A model generated the notes under the pieces. That model saw only the letters and a program-made list of their open reading frames with translations. It did not search any database and had not been told where the DNA came from. Below are positions 18,038 to 27,598 of a stretch of 64,000 bases of DNA, piece by piece (the stretch's first letter is position 1; each line of letters opens with the position of its first letter). The translations under genes and the position numbers were made by a program. The DNA comes from an uncultured Caulobacterales bacterium. Lineage in GTDB: Bacteria; Pseudomonadota; Alphaproteobacteria; Caulobacterales; Maricaulaceae. The stretch lies in NCBI GenBank assembly GCA_964550935.1, contig CAZKBB010000005.1:1705-65704 (forward strand), read 5' to 3'.

Positions 18038-19188
18038 ACGCCGAGCTCCAGATACATCATGGCGAACAGCGCATCGATCACGATGACCGCGAAGATGGAC
18101 TGCACGACCGAGGCGGTGGTGCGCCGGCCGAGACTCTCCACGTCGCCGCCCACCTCCATGCCCTGGCGGCAGCCGATGATCGCGATCACCGCGCCGAACA
18201 CGGGCGCCTTGGACAGCCCGACCCAGAAGTGGCTCCAGTCCAGCGTCTGCTGCAGGCGCGCGATGAAGAAGCCCGGCGCGATGTCGAGCGTGGACCAGGC
18301 CACCAGCATGCCGCCGAATATGCCCGCCAGCATGGCCGCGAAGGTCAAGAGCGGCGCCATCACGACGCAGGCGATGACACGGGGAATCACCAGCGCCTCG
18401 TAGGGATCGAGACCGATCACCTTCATGGCGTCGATCTCCTGCTGCATCTTCATCGAGCCGATCGCGGCGGTGAAGGCTGAGTCCGAGCGCCCCGCCAGCA
18501 TGATCGCGGTGATCAGCACCCCGAACTCGCGCAGGATCGAAATGCCCACGAGCTCTACGGTGAAGACCGCCGCGCCGAACGTCTCCAGAAGGTTCGCGCC
18601 CATATAGGCGACGACCGCGCCGATGAAGAAGGCGAGCACGGCGATGATCGGCAGCGCATTCACCCCCGCCGTCTCCATCACATAGACCGTCGAGGTCAAG
18701 CGCAGCCGGCGCGGGTCGCCGAGCGTGCGCCAGGCGGTCGCGCAGGTGCGCCCGAAGAAGGCGATCGTGTCGTAGGCCTCTTCCAGCGCCGCGAGGGTGC
18801 CCTCGCCGACCCGCTCGATCGCGGTCATGAAGCCGGCCTCGTCCTCGTCCTCCACCGGGCAGGGCTCGGTGCGCTCGCGGACCTCGCGGATCAGGCGCTT
18901 GGCCGTGTCGTGCTCGCCGGTGAAGTGGAACTCGGCGTCGGGCTGAGCGCAGTTCGCCAGGGGCCGTCCGAGCAGATAGGCGCCGGCGGTGTCGATGCGC
19001 CCCAGCCGGGCCAGATCGATCACCACGTCGCCGGGCTTGGTGGCGGCCTCGACCTTGGCGATCGCGCCTTCGAACTCGCCGATCGTGTCGATCACCCAGT
19101 CGCCGGACGGCTCCAGCACGCACTTTCCCTCGGTCTCGCGCACGGCGAGGCCGGCCTTGGGGGTCCGGGTGCGGGTCGCTTCGGCCAT
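18034..19188 (-). CDS. MlaE-family ABC permease with an N-terminal STAS-like domain
   Basis: 384 aa. C-terminal 250 aa are a multi-TM MlaE-like domain. The N-terminal ~110 aa are soluble. Confidence 0.8.
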   Translation of the reverse strand: MAEATRTRTPKAGLAVRETEGKCVLEPSGDWVIDTIGEFEGAIAKVEAATKPGDVVIDLARLGRIDTAGAYLLGRPLANCAQPDAEFHFTGEHDTAKRLIREVRERTEPCPVEDEDEAGFMTAIERVGEGTLAALEEAYDTIAFFGRTCATAWRTLGDPRRLRLTSTVYVMETAGVNALPIIAVLAFFIGAVVAYMGANLLETFGAAVFTVELVGISILREFGVLITAIMLAGRSDSAFTAAIGSMKMQQEIDAMKVIGLDPYEALVIPRVIACVVMAPLLTFAAMLAGIFGGMLVAWSTLDIAPGFFIARLQQTLDWSHFWVGLSKAPVFGAVIAIIGCRQGMEVGGDVESLGRRTTASVVQSIFAVIVIDALFAMMYLELGV

Positions 19189-19293
19189 CAGGCCTCCAGA
19201 CGGCGATGCTCGACGGCCGTTATCCCGCGCTTCGCCGCCGCGAAGAAGCGCCCTGGCCGTTTCAAACCCATTATCACCTTGAACGTGGCGTTC

Positions 19294-20499
19294 TCATGCA
19301 ACGCTTTTGCGCAGCATCAAGGCGAACGCGCACGCCGCGCCGAGCCCGGCGGGAAGAGCCATCACCGCGAATCCGGCCGCGCCGAAGGCCGCGTAGGCGA
19401 GCCCGGAACCGAAGCTCGCCAGCGCCAGGAACACCCCGCCCGACAGCGCCGAGTTGATCCCTTGCGCGGTTGCGGTCAGGCGCTCCGGCGCGGCGTCATG
19501 GACGCAGCGCAGAAAGCCCAGATAGGTCGCCGCGAAGGTCAGCGCATGCAGGCCCTGCAACGGGAAAAGCAGCCAGACCGGGGGGCTGAGCGCGTAAACG
19601 CCCCAGCGCAGCACCGAAGCGGCCCCGCCGAGCATCATCAGCCCGGCCGGGCTCCACCCGCGCAAGAGCCGCCCCGCCCCGGCCAGGAACACGATCTCGC
19701 ACGCCACCCCGGTCGACCATAACAGCCCCACCACGCTGGAGGGCACGCCGTCCGCGCGCCAGGCGATCGCTGAGAAGGCGTAGTAGAAGCCGTGCGCGCT
19801 CTGGATCAGGGCCGAGGCCAGGAAGGCGAGCGGCAGTCCGGCCGCGGCGAGCGGGGCCAGGCCGGCGAAGCGGCGAGGCTGGGCGGGCGCCTGCGGTCCG
19901 CGCTCGGGTTCGCGCGCCGCGCGCCGTCCGGGCGGCAGGATGAACGCCGCCCCGGCCGCGCAGGCCGCGCCCGCGAGCACCCAGGCGAGCGCGGCCTCTC
20001 CGCCATAGACCCCGATCAGCGCGCCGGCGGCCAGATTGCCCACGATGAAGGCCGCCGAGCCGAGCGCGCGCGCGGGCCCGAACTCGAAGCCGCGCTTTCG
20101 CGCCTGGCCCATGGCGAAGGCGTCCACCAGCGGCGTGATCGCGTGCATCGACGCCCCGGCCAGGAAGGCGAGCGCGATGATCGCCCAGGGCGCGCTCGCC
20201 GGCGCGTGCAGCGCATAGATCGCCACCGCAGCCAGGGTGAAGGCCTGGATCGCGTCGCGCCGGCGCGCCGCCCGGTCCGACCAGATCGCGCCCAGCGGCG
20301 CAATCACGACGCGTCCGGCCATCGCCGCCGCGCCGGCCAGCCCGATCAGCTCAGGGCTTAACCCCCGCGCTTCGTACCAGACCGGCATGTACGGCAAGTA
20401 TGCGCCGAACCCGACATAGAGCGCGGCGTAGAATAGCGCGAAGCGCACCGCGACCGGGTCTGCGCTGCGCACGCGGTCAAGGAGGCGGGCGGCGGACAT
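19294..20499 (-). CDS. MFS transporter (HcaT / MFS_1_like type)
   Basis: 401 aa with 12 predicted TM segments: FALFYAALYVGFGAYLPYMPVWYEARGLS. Confidence 0.8.
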   Translation of the reverse strand: MSAARLLDRVRSADPVAVRFALFYAALYVGFGAYLPYMPVWYEARGLSPELIGLAGAAAMAGRVVIAPLGAIWSDRAARRRDAIQAFTLAAVAIYALHAPASAPWAIIALAFLAGASMHAITPLVDAFAMGQARKRGFEFGPARALGSAAFIVGNLAAGALIGVYGGEAALAWVLAGAACAAGAAFILPPGRRAAREPERGPQAPAQPRRFAGLAPLAAAGLPLAFLASALIQSAHGFYYAFSAIAWRADGVPSSVVGLLWSTGVACEIVFLAGAGRLLRGWSPAGLMMLGGAASVLRWGVYALSPPVWLLFPLQGLHALTFAATYLGFLRCVHDAAPERLTATAQGINSALSGGVFLALASFGSGLAYAAFGAAGFAVMALPAGLGAACAFALMLRKSVA

Positions 20500-20611
20500 G
20501 GCTGGGGCTATAACGCGCCGCGCCCCCGGGCGCGAGCGGGGCTGACGGGTGCAGCGGGAGAGGCCATTTGCGCTTGGCTCGACCCCGTCCGGTCACTAGC
20601 TTGCGCCGCCG

Positions 20612-21916
20612 ATGGAAGACGCCGTTCAGATCCCCGCCGCCGGCGGCCCCGCCGCAGGCCCGGCCGGCGCGGGCGCCCCGATCCGCGTTCTGGTGACCAG
20701 CTACCGCTCCGCGCCCCATGTGGGCGGTCAGGGCGTGTATGTGCGCGAGCTGGTGCGCGGGCTGTTGAACCAGGGCGCTGAGGTCTCGGTCGCCTCCGGC
20801 CCGCCCTATCCAGAGCTCGGCCCCGCGCTGGAGGCGCGCACCAACCTCATCCGCCTGGCCTCGCTTGATCTGTTCGAGGAGGAGAACGCGCTTCTGGCGC
20901 TGCGCTGGCGTCACTTGCGCGACCGGGCCGACCGAACCGAATGGCTCGCCCACAACACCGGCGCGTTCGCTGAGATGACGAGCTTTGCGCTTCGCCTGGA
21001 GCGCTTCATCGCAGCGAATCCCGGCCGCTTCGACGTGATCCACGACAACCAGACGCTTAGCCTGCCCATGGCGCGGATCGCGCGGCGGCTACCCGTGATC
21101 ACCACGCTGCACCACCCGATCGCGATCGACCGCGACTTCGCCGTGGCCGGCGCCGGCGTTTGGTGGCGCAAGCTTCTGGCGCGCCGCTGGCACGACTTCA
21201 TTGAGACGCAAGGCGCCGCCGCGCGCCGGCTCGACCACTTCCTGGCGGTCTCCGACGCAGCGCGGCGTGGCTACGCAGAGCGGTGCGGCGTCGATCCGGA
21301 CACGGTGCGCGTGGCGTTCAACGGCATCGACCATGACAGCTTCACCGTTGATCCGGATGTTGAGCGCGAGCCCGGCCTGATTGCGGCGGTGGCGAGCGCC
21401 GACGTGCCGGTGAAGGGCCTGGACGTGCTGATCGCCGCGCTGGCGCGCCTGAAGCGGTCCGATCTGCGCCTGGTGGTCGTGGGCAAGCTGCGCGAGGGGC
21501 CGACCAAGCGCGCGCTGGAGGCCTCAGGGCTCGCCGACCAGGTGGCGTTTCGCTCCGGACTGACGCGCGAGGAAATCGCCGACCTGTTCCGCCGGGCGAG
21601 CCTGTTCGTCTCGGCCTCGCGGTTCGAAGGCTTCGGCTTTCCCCCCGCCGAGGCGATGGCGTGCGGCTGCCCCGTGATCGTGTCGGACGGCGGCGCCCTG
21701 CCCGAGGTCGCCGGCGATGCAGGCGTAGTGACGCCGGTCGGCGACAGCGCCGCGCTCGCGGGCGCCCTCGCGGCGGTGATGGACGATCCAGGCCGGCGCG
21801 CGGCGATGTCCGCAGCCGGGGCGGAGCGCGCGCGCACGGCCTTCTCCTGGGACAAGCACGCCGCGGCGGCGGTCTCGCTCTATCGTGAAGCGCTGGAAGA
21901 GCGCGCGCGTCCATGA
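20612..21916 (+). CDS. Glycosyltransferase family 4 (GT-B)
   Basis: HVGGQGVYVRELVRGL near the N-terminus and C-terminal EGFGFPPAEAMACGCPVIVSD. Confidence 0.85.
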   Translation: MEDAVQIPAAGGPAAGPAGAGAPIRVLVTSYRSAPHVGGQGVYVRELVRGLLNQGAEVSVASGPPYPELGPALEARTNLIRLASLDLFEEENALLALRWRHLRDRADRTEWLAHNTGAFAEMTSFALRLERFIAANPGRFDVIHDNQTLSLPMARIARRLPVITTLHHPIAIDRDFAVAGAGVWWRKLLARRWHDFIETQGAAARRLDHFLAVSDAARRGYAERCGVDPDTVRVAFNGIDHDSFTVDPDVEREPGLIAAVASADVPVKGLDVLIAALARLKRSDLRLVVVGKLREGPTKRALEASGLADQVAFRSGLTREEIADLFRRASLFVSASRFEGFGFPPAEAMACGCPVIVSDGGALPEVAGDAGVVTPVGDSAALAGALAAVMDDPGRRAAMSAAGAERARTAFSWDKHAAAAVSLYREALEERARP

Positions 21917-22632
21917 TGACGATCCGGCTCGACGCGCTCGATCTGCCCGACGGGGCGCGGATCCTCGATCTCGGCTGCGGGCGCGGCCGGCATCTGCACG
22001 GGCTCTACTGGCACGAGCGCGCCTATGACGTGGTCGGCCTCGACCTCGACGAGACCGATCTCGGCGCGGCGATCGACGGCTTCTTCGAGCTGCCCCCGCC
22101 CCCGGGCGAACCGCCGCGCAGCGCGGTGTTCAGCGTCGGCGACGCCGAAGCCCTGCCGTTCGACGATCACAGCTTCGATGCAGTGATCTGTTCTGAGGTG
22201 CTCGAGCACCTGCCCGACGTGGACGCGGCGCTGGCCGAGATCACGCGCGTCCTGAAGCCCGGCGGGCGCTTCGCCTGCTCGGTGCCGCGCTACTGGCCCG
22301 AGGCGATCTGCTGGGCGCTCTCGGACGCCTACCCCAACACGCCGGGCGGTCATGTGCGCATCTTCCGCACGCGCGCGCTTCGCCGCCAGGTCAGCGCGCA
22401 CGGCTACACCGCCTACAAGCGCCACTGGGCGCACGGCCTGCACAGCCCCTATTGGTGGCTGCAATGCGCCAAGTGGGACACCAAGGAGACCAGCCGCTCG
22501 GTTGCGGCCTATCGCAAATTCCTGGAGTGGGACCTGCTTCAGCAGCCGCGCCTGACGCGCTGGATGGAGGCCGCCCTGAACCCGGTGATGGGCAAGTCGG
22601 TCGCGCTTTATTTCCGCAAGGAGACCGCATGA
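21913..22632 (+). CDS. Class I SAM-dependent methyltransferase (type 11)
   Basis: Motif I ILDLGCGRGRH, plus FDAVICSEVLEHL and LKPGGRF. ATGA overlap with the glycosyltransferase gene. Confidence 0.85.
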   Translation: MMTIRLDALDLPDGARILDLGCGRGRHLHGLYWHERAYDVVGLDLDETDLGAAIDGFFELPPPPGEPPRSAVFSVGDAEALPFDDHSFDAVICSEVLEHLPDVDAALAEITRVLKPGGRFACSVPRYWPEAICWALSDAYPNTPGGHVRIFRTRALRRQVSAHGYTAYKRHWAHGLHSPYWWLQCAKWDTKETSRSVAAYRKFLEWDLLQQPRLTRWMEAALNPVMGKSVALYFRKETA

Positions 22633-23732
22633 GCGATCCCGTGCGCTCCCGCGTCATCGATGTCCGCGCCTGCGCGGACCGTATCGAAGCGCTGCAGACG
22701 CGCGACGGCTCGATCCCGTGGGTCGAAAGCGGGGTTTGGGACCCTTGGAATCATGGCGAGAGCGCCATGGCGCTCGCCATCGCAGGACGCGCCGACGCCG
22801 CCCAGCGCGCGCTCGACGCGCTCGCCGAGCGCCAGGACGCCGACGGGGGCTGGGTTGCGGACCTGGGCGCGGGCATCGCCATGGACGAGGCCTGTGAGCG
22901 TCTCGCGCCGCCGCCTCAGCCCGACACCGCCCGCGACACCAACTTCACCGGCTATGTCTCCGTCGTGGTGCTGCGCGCGGCGCTGGCGCTCGACGCGCCG
23001 CGCCTGATCGCACGCCACGCGGGCATGGTCTCGCGCGCGCTCGACTGGGTGTGCGAGCGCCAGACGCCCTATGGCGACGTGGTCTGGCGCGATCCCGATC
23101 CGGACCAGCCGCTCGAGGCCGTCGACAGCCTGCGCGCCGGCAACGCCTCGCTCTACAAGAGCCTGGAGTGCGGGCTGCGCATCGCCGACGCGCTGGAGCA
23201 GGACAGGCCGGACTGGGCGGCCGCGCGCGCAGGGCTCGCTCACGCGTTGATCGAGCGCCCGGAACGCTTCGACCGCACCGGCGTCGATCGCTCGCGCTAC
23301 GCCATGGACTGGTACTATCCCGTCCTGACCGGCGTGCTCACCGGCGAGGCGGCGCGGCGGCGCCTTGAGGCGGCGTGGGAGCGCTTCGTGGTGGCCGATC
23401 TCGGCTGCCGCTGCGTCTCAGACGAGCCCTGGATCACCGCCGCCGAGACCGCCGAGCTGGCTCTGGCGTGCCTGGCGGCGGGCTGGACAGGGCGCGCGCG
23501 CACCCTGATCGACGAGCTCGCCCCGCTGATCGCGAAGGACGGCGGCTATTGGATGGGCTGGCAGTACGAGCTTGGCATGGTCTGGCCGAAGGAGCGGCCC
23601 TCATGGACGGCCGGCGCGGTGGTGCTGGCCGCGGACGCGCTGGAGCAGCTCTCGCCGGGCTCAGACCTTCTGATCCGCCATGCGCCGCGCGACGGCTGGC
23701 TCAAATCCGGCGAAGCACTTCCAGCGAATTGA
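22629..23732 (+). CDS. Alpha/alpha-toroid protein (prenyltransferase / squalene-oxidase-repeat-like)
   Basis: 367 aa. Repeated QxxDGSxPW / QDADGGW-type motifs (LQTRDGSIPW, RQDADGGW, KDGGYW). ATGA overlap with the methyltransferase gene. Confidence 0.6.
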   Translation: MSDPVRSRVIDVRACADRIEALQTRDGSIPWVESGVWDPWNHGESAMALAIAGRADAAQRALDALAERQDADGGWVADLGAGIAMDEACERLAPPPQPDTARDTNFTGYVSVVVLRAALALDAPRLIARHAGMVSRALDWVCERQTPYGDVVWRDPDPDQPLEAVDSLRAGNASLYKSLECGLRIADALEQDRPDWAAARAGLAHALIERPERFDRTGVDRSRYAMDWYYPVLTGVLTGEAARRRLEAAWERFVVADLGCRCVSDEPWITAAETAELALACLAAGWTGRARTLIDELAPLIAKDGGYWMGWQYELGMVWPKERPSWTAGAVVLAADALEQLSPGSDLLIRHAPRDGWLKSGEALPAN

Positions 23733-24333
23733 TCCGCTCGACCGGCTCGAACAGATCCGACTCCACCGCACGCCGCCAGATCTCGTAGGGCGGGCGTCCG
23801 CCATCGGCCGGGTCGGGAAACACGTCGTGGATCGCCAGAACGCCGCCGGGCTGAACATGACCGGCCCAGGCGCGCCAGTCGCCGAGCGCGGTGTCCATGG
23901 CGTGCCCGCCGTCGATGAACAGAAAGCTCAAGGGCGTCGCCCAGGCCCGTCCGATGGCGGCCGACGGCCCCACCAGCGCCACGACGCTGTCTTCAAGCCC
24001 GGCCCGCGCGATCGTGCGGCGGAACGCCGGCAGCGTCTCCACACGGTCAAGCTCGGGATCGATCAGCTCGGGGTCGTGATAGCCCTCGCCGGGCTGGTGC
24101 TCTTCAGAGCCGCGATGGTGATCAAGCGCGAACAGGAGCCTGTCGGCGCCCCGCGCGGCGCGGCCCAGATAGATGCTTGAGCGTCCGCACCATGAGCCGA
24201 TCTCCAGAAACGGCCCCGGCGCAGCCCCGGCCGCCACGCCGGCCCAGCGCTGCAACGCCTCGCCCTCTTCGGCGGCCAGGAAGCCTTTGACGGTCTGGGG
24301 GTCGAGCATGGGCTCGCTTCCATCACGCGCCAT
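23701..24333 (-). CDS. Class I SAM-dependent methyltransferase (Methyltransf_24 / TylF-like)
   Basis: FLEIGSWCGRSSIYLG, LFIDGGH, GGVLAIHD. Its 3' end overlaps the convergent gene by 32 nt. Confidence 0.8.
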   Translation of the reverse strand: MARDGSEPMLDPQTVKGFLAAEEGEALQRWAGVAAGAAPGPFLEIGSWCGRSSIYLGRAARGADRLLFALDHHRGSEEHQPGEGYHDPELIDPELDRVETLPAFRRTIARAGLEDSVVALVGPSAAIGRAWATPLSFLFIDGGHAMDTALGDWRAWAGHVQPGGVLAIHDVFPDPADGGRPPYEIWRRAVESDLFEPVERINSLEVLRRI

Positions 24334-24340
24334 GACAGCG

Positions 24341-24991
24341 TCAGCTCACCGACGCGTTGACCATGGACCAGCGTCGGCGCGCCAGCGCGTCGGTCGCCTC
24401 GGTCAGGCGCGCGCGCGCCTCTTCCAGCCGCGTGATCGAAGCGCGAAGCGGCGTCACCGCGTCGGTTGAGAAGCGGGTCTCCAGCGCGCCGGCCGCCTCC
24501 AGAAATAACGCGTCGGCCCGGCGCAACGCAGCGAGCGCGCGTTCGGCCGCGGCGATGTCGTCGGACAGCGCGCCGGCGTCGGCGACCGCATCGGCGGTCG
24601 CCACGGCCTCTGCGTCATGGCTGAGCTCGGCTGCGAATTCGGCCGCGCGGCGCACGTCGAGCGCCACCGCCCCGACGGCGTCCTGCTGCGAAGCCTCGTC
24701 CGGTGCGGCGAGGGCGAGATAACGCGACAGCCCGTCATCGGGCTCGTCCGCGCCGGAGCCGCCGGTGAGCAAACGGTTGAAGACGCGCGCGCCGAGCCCG
24801 GCGCGATCGGTCGCCAGCGTCCAGCCGCGCGCATCAGCCGTGGAGACCAGCTCCGCGCTTGTCTCGCGCAGCTCGCTCTGGGCCGCCGTCAGGGCCGCGC
24901 CGTCGTTTGCGTTCAGGTTGATGGGCGCGCTGGCGCAGGCGGAAAGCACCGCAGCGGCCAGAATCGAAATGAGCGGCGTCAGCGCCTTCAA
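24341..24991 (-). CDS. Hypothetical Ala-rich lipoprotein
   Basis: A TTG start at 24991 with SD GAGGGAG gives the signal (M)KALTPLISILAAAVLSAC (lipobox). The longer ORF extends to 25060. Confidence 0.55.
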   Translation of the reverse strand: MKALTPLISILAAAVLSACASAPINLNANDGAALTAAQSELRETSAELVSTADARGWTLATDRAGLGARVFNRLLTGGSGADEPDDGLSRYLALAAPDEASQQDAVGAVALDVRRAAEFAAELSHDAEAVATADAVADAGALSDDIAAAERALAALRRADALFLEAAGALETRFSTDAVTPLRASITRLEEARARLTEATDALARRRWSMVNASVS

Positions 24992-25132
24992 GCGGGTCGC
25001 TCCCTCTTCAGCCCGAACGGCGCCCCTCAGCGCCGGTTTGCGGCCTGTATAAAACAGCATATTGTCGCGTTTAACAAAGGCTCAATGCGCCTTGTTCCAC
25101 CTCAGCCGCCCCGTGCAACGCCAGGCTCGACC

Positions 25133-26104
25133 ATGGACGCCCACCGCTCTGCAGAGCGCATCGGACTTTACCCGCCGGTCGAGCCGTACCGCACCGGCAT
25201 GCTCGACGTGGGCGACGGTCACTCGATGTATTACGAGGAGTGCGGCCGGCCCGACGGCGTGCCGGTGGTGGCGATCCACGGCGGGCCGGGCGGCGGCGCG
25301 GCCCCGGCCATGCGGCGCTTCTTCGATCCCCAGCGCTACCGGATCATCGTCTACGACCAGCGCGGCTGCGGGCGCTCGCGCCCGTTCGCCTCGGTGGACG
25401 CCAACGACACCGAGCGCCTGCGCGGCGATCTGGAGCGTCTGCGCGAGGCGCTGGGCGTGGAGCGCTGGCTGGTGTTCGGCGGCTCCTGGGGCGCGACGCT
25501 GGCGCTGGAATATGCGCGCAAGCACCGCGATCGGGTCATGGCAATGGTGCTGCGCGGGGTGTTCGCCTGCACCGAGGCCGAGCTTGGCTGGTTCTACGTG
25601 CGCGGCGCGAACATGCTCTTCCCGGACGCCTGGGCGCGCCTGACCGAGCCCCTGTCCGCCAAGGAGCGCGAAGACGTGCTGCGCGCCTACCACGCGCGGG
25701 TCATGATCGACGATCCCGAACGCCGCCGGCGCGACGTCATCGGCTGGGCGCGCTGGGAAAGCTCGCTGATCTCCATGGCCGCGGCCGGCGCGGCGGGCGC
25801 GCCGGATCCGCGCCGCTCCGACGCGCTGGCGCGCATCGAGACGCACTACTTCGTCCACAAGGGCTTTCTGGAGCGCGACGGCGTCCTGCTTGAGGACACC
25901 GCGCACTTGCGCGATCTGCCGGGCGTCATCGTGCAGGGTCGCTACGACATGGTCACGCCCGCGCGCACAGCCTGGGCGCTGTCCAAGCAGTGGCCGAAAG
26001 CTGCGCTGGAGATCGTGCCGGACGCCGGCCACGCCGCCGGCGAACCGGGCGTGATCGACGCGCTGGTGCGCGCCACCGACCGGTTCGCCGCAGAACTGAG
26101 CTGA
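25133..26104 (+). CDS. pip: Prolyl aminopeptidase (proline iminopeptidase)
   Basis: YPPVEPYRTGMLDVGDGHSMYYEECG...HGGPGGG...GGSWGATLAL. Confidence 0.9.
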   Translation: MDAHRSAERIGLYPPVEPYRTGMLDVGDGHSMYYEECGRPDGVPVVAIHGGPGGGAAPAMRRFFDPQRYRIIVYDQRGCGRSRPFASVDANDTERLRGDLERLREALGVERWLVFGGSWGATLALEYARKHRDRVMAMVLRGVFACTEAELGWFYVRGANMLFPDAWARLTEPLSAKEREDVLRAYHARVMIDDPERRRRDVIGWARWESSLISMAAAGAAGAPDPRRSDALARIETHYFVHKGFLERDGVLLEDTAHLRDLPGVIVQGRYDMVTPARTAWALSKQWPKAALEIVPDAGHAAGEPGVIDALVRATDRFAAELS

Positions 26105-26118
26105 TCTCAGCTGAGCGG

Positions 26119-27480
26119 TCAGCCCTGCCGGCCCGGAAGCGGCACGCCGAACGTGTCGGCCAGGCCTGCGATGATGATCGCGCCCACGGCGATCGGCGCG
26201 AGCCAGCGGATCGTGAAGCGCCAGTAGGCGAAGATGCGCGGACCGGCGTGGGGCAGCTCGTTCTGCATCAGCGACTTCGACACCACCCAGCCGGTGAACA
26301 GCGCGATCAAAAGCCCCCCGAGCGGCAACAGGATCTTGCCCGAGATCATGTCGAGCACATTGAAGTAGTCGCCTGAGAAGGCCGCGCCGACGCCGATCAC
26401 GAAGATGATCGCGCCGAAGAAGAGCGCCGAGCCCACGCGGCCGAAATCGGTGTGCTCCTCGCCGAAGGCCACGATGACCTGCAGCAGCGAGATCGAGCTG
26501 GTCAGCGCCGCGATGAAGGCGAGCGCGAAGAAGGCGGTGCCGACCCACTGCCCGCCCGGCATCTGCGCGAACGCCGCCGGCAGGGTCTGGAAGAACAGGC
26601 CCGGCCCGGCCGAGGCGCTGAAGCCGAAGGCGAACACGAACGGGAAGATCGCAAGCCCGGCGATGATCGCCACCATCGTGTCCGCGCCCGCGATGATGGT
26701 CGCGGACTGGGGCAGGTTTTCCCGGCGCGACAGATAGGAGCCGTAAGTGATCATGATCGCCGAGCCGACCCCGATGGAGAAGAAGGCCTGGCCAAGGGCT
26801 TCAAGCACGGTGTTCGGCGTGATCTCGGAGAAATCGACCGCGAACAAGTACGACACCGCCGCGCCCATGTCGGCGGTCATGGCGGCGTAGACCACAAGGC
26901 CGAGCAGCATCAGGAAGAAGATCGGCATCAGGATCGAGACCACCCGCTCAATGCCGGCGGTCACGCCGAGGCTCACCACCCCGACGGTCAGGATCATGAA
27001 CAAGCTGTGCCAGCCGATCACGACATTGGTGTCCGAGGTGAAGGCGGCGAACACCGCCCCGGCGGCCTGGGCGTCGAGCCCGGCGAACTGGCCGGTGAGC
27101 GTCATGTGGACATAGCCCGCCACCCAGCCGGCCACGACCGAGTAGAAGCACAAGATCATCACCCCGCCGGCCATCGCGACCCAGCCCGCGACCGACCACA
27201 GTTCGGACGCGCCGGCGTCGAAGGCCATCTTGCGCGTGGAGCCCACCGCGGAGCGGCGCGCATGCCGGCCGACCGTGAGTTCGGCGATCAGGATCGGAAA
27301 CGCGATCAGCGCCACGCAGACCAGATAGACGAAGACGAAGGCCGCCCCGCCGTTCTCGCCGGCCGTGTAGGGAAAGCGCCAGAAATTGCCGAGGCCCACA
27401 GACGAGCCGATCGCGGCCATCAGGAAGCCGAAGCGCGAGTTCCACGTGGTTTGATGAGCGCGGCTGCGCAGACCCGCCAT
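26119..27480 (-). CDS. Sodium-dependent neurotransmitter:sodium symporter (NSS/SNF) family transporter
   Basis: WNSRFGFLMAAIGSSVGLGNFWRFPY and 11-12 TM segments. Confidence 0.9.
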   Translation of the reverse strand: MAGLRSRAHQTTWNSRFGFLMAAIGSSVGLGNFWRFPYTAGENGGAAFVFVYLVCVALIAFPILIAELTVGRHARRSAVGSTRKMAFDAGASELWSVAGWVAMAGGVMILCFYSVVAGWVAGYVHMTLTGQFAGLDAQAAGAVFAAFTSDTNVVIGWHSLFMILTVGVVSLGVTAGIERVVSILMPIFFLMLLGLVVYAAMTADMGAAVSYLFAVDFSEITPNTVLEALGQAFFSIGVGSAIMITYGSYLSRRENLPQSATIIAGADTMVAIIAGLAIFPFVFAFGFSASAGPGLFFQTLPAAFAQMPGGQWVGTAFFALAFIAALTSSISLLQVIVAFGEEHTDFGRVGSALFFGAIIFVIGVGAAFSGDYFNVLDMISGKILLPLGGLLIALFTGWVVSKSLMQNELPHAGPRIFAYWRFTIRWLAPIAVGAIIIAGLADTFGVPLPGRQG

Positions 27481-27598
27481 GTCCTGTCCTCCCCCGGCGG
27501 CCGCCGCCCCGCGTCGCCCGCCTCCCAAATCGAAAACGCGCCCGCTGCGGCGCATTGGCGCGGAGGGTTCCCCATCGCGCCGGGACGGTCAAGCACGC

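Noticed and set aside
17273-19123. 616-aa minus-strand ORF spanning the ABC ATPase and most of the permease gene
   Set aside because: Only the C-terminal 254 aa (from MSETPLIDVRG at 18037) look like a protein, an ABC ATPase. The upstream Arg/Gly/Asp-rich part overlaps the genuine MlaE-like frame (18034..19188). It is the usual high-GC open-frame artefact.
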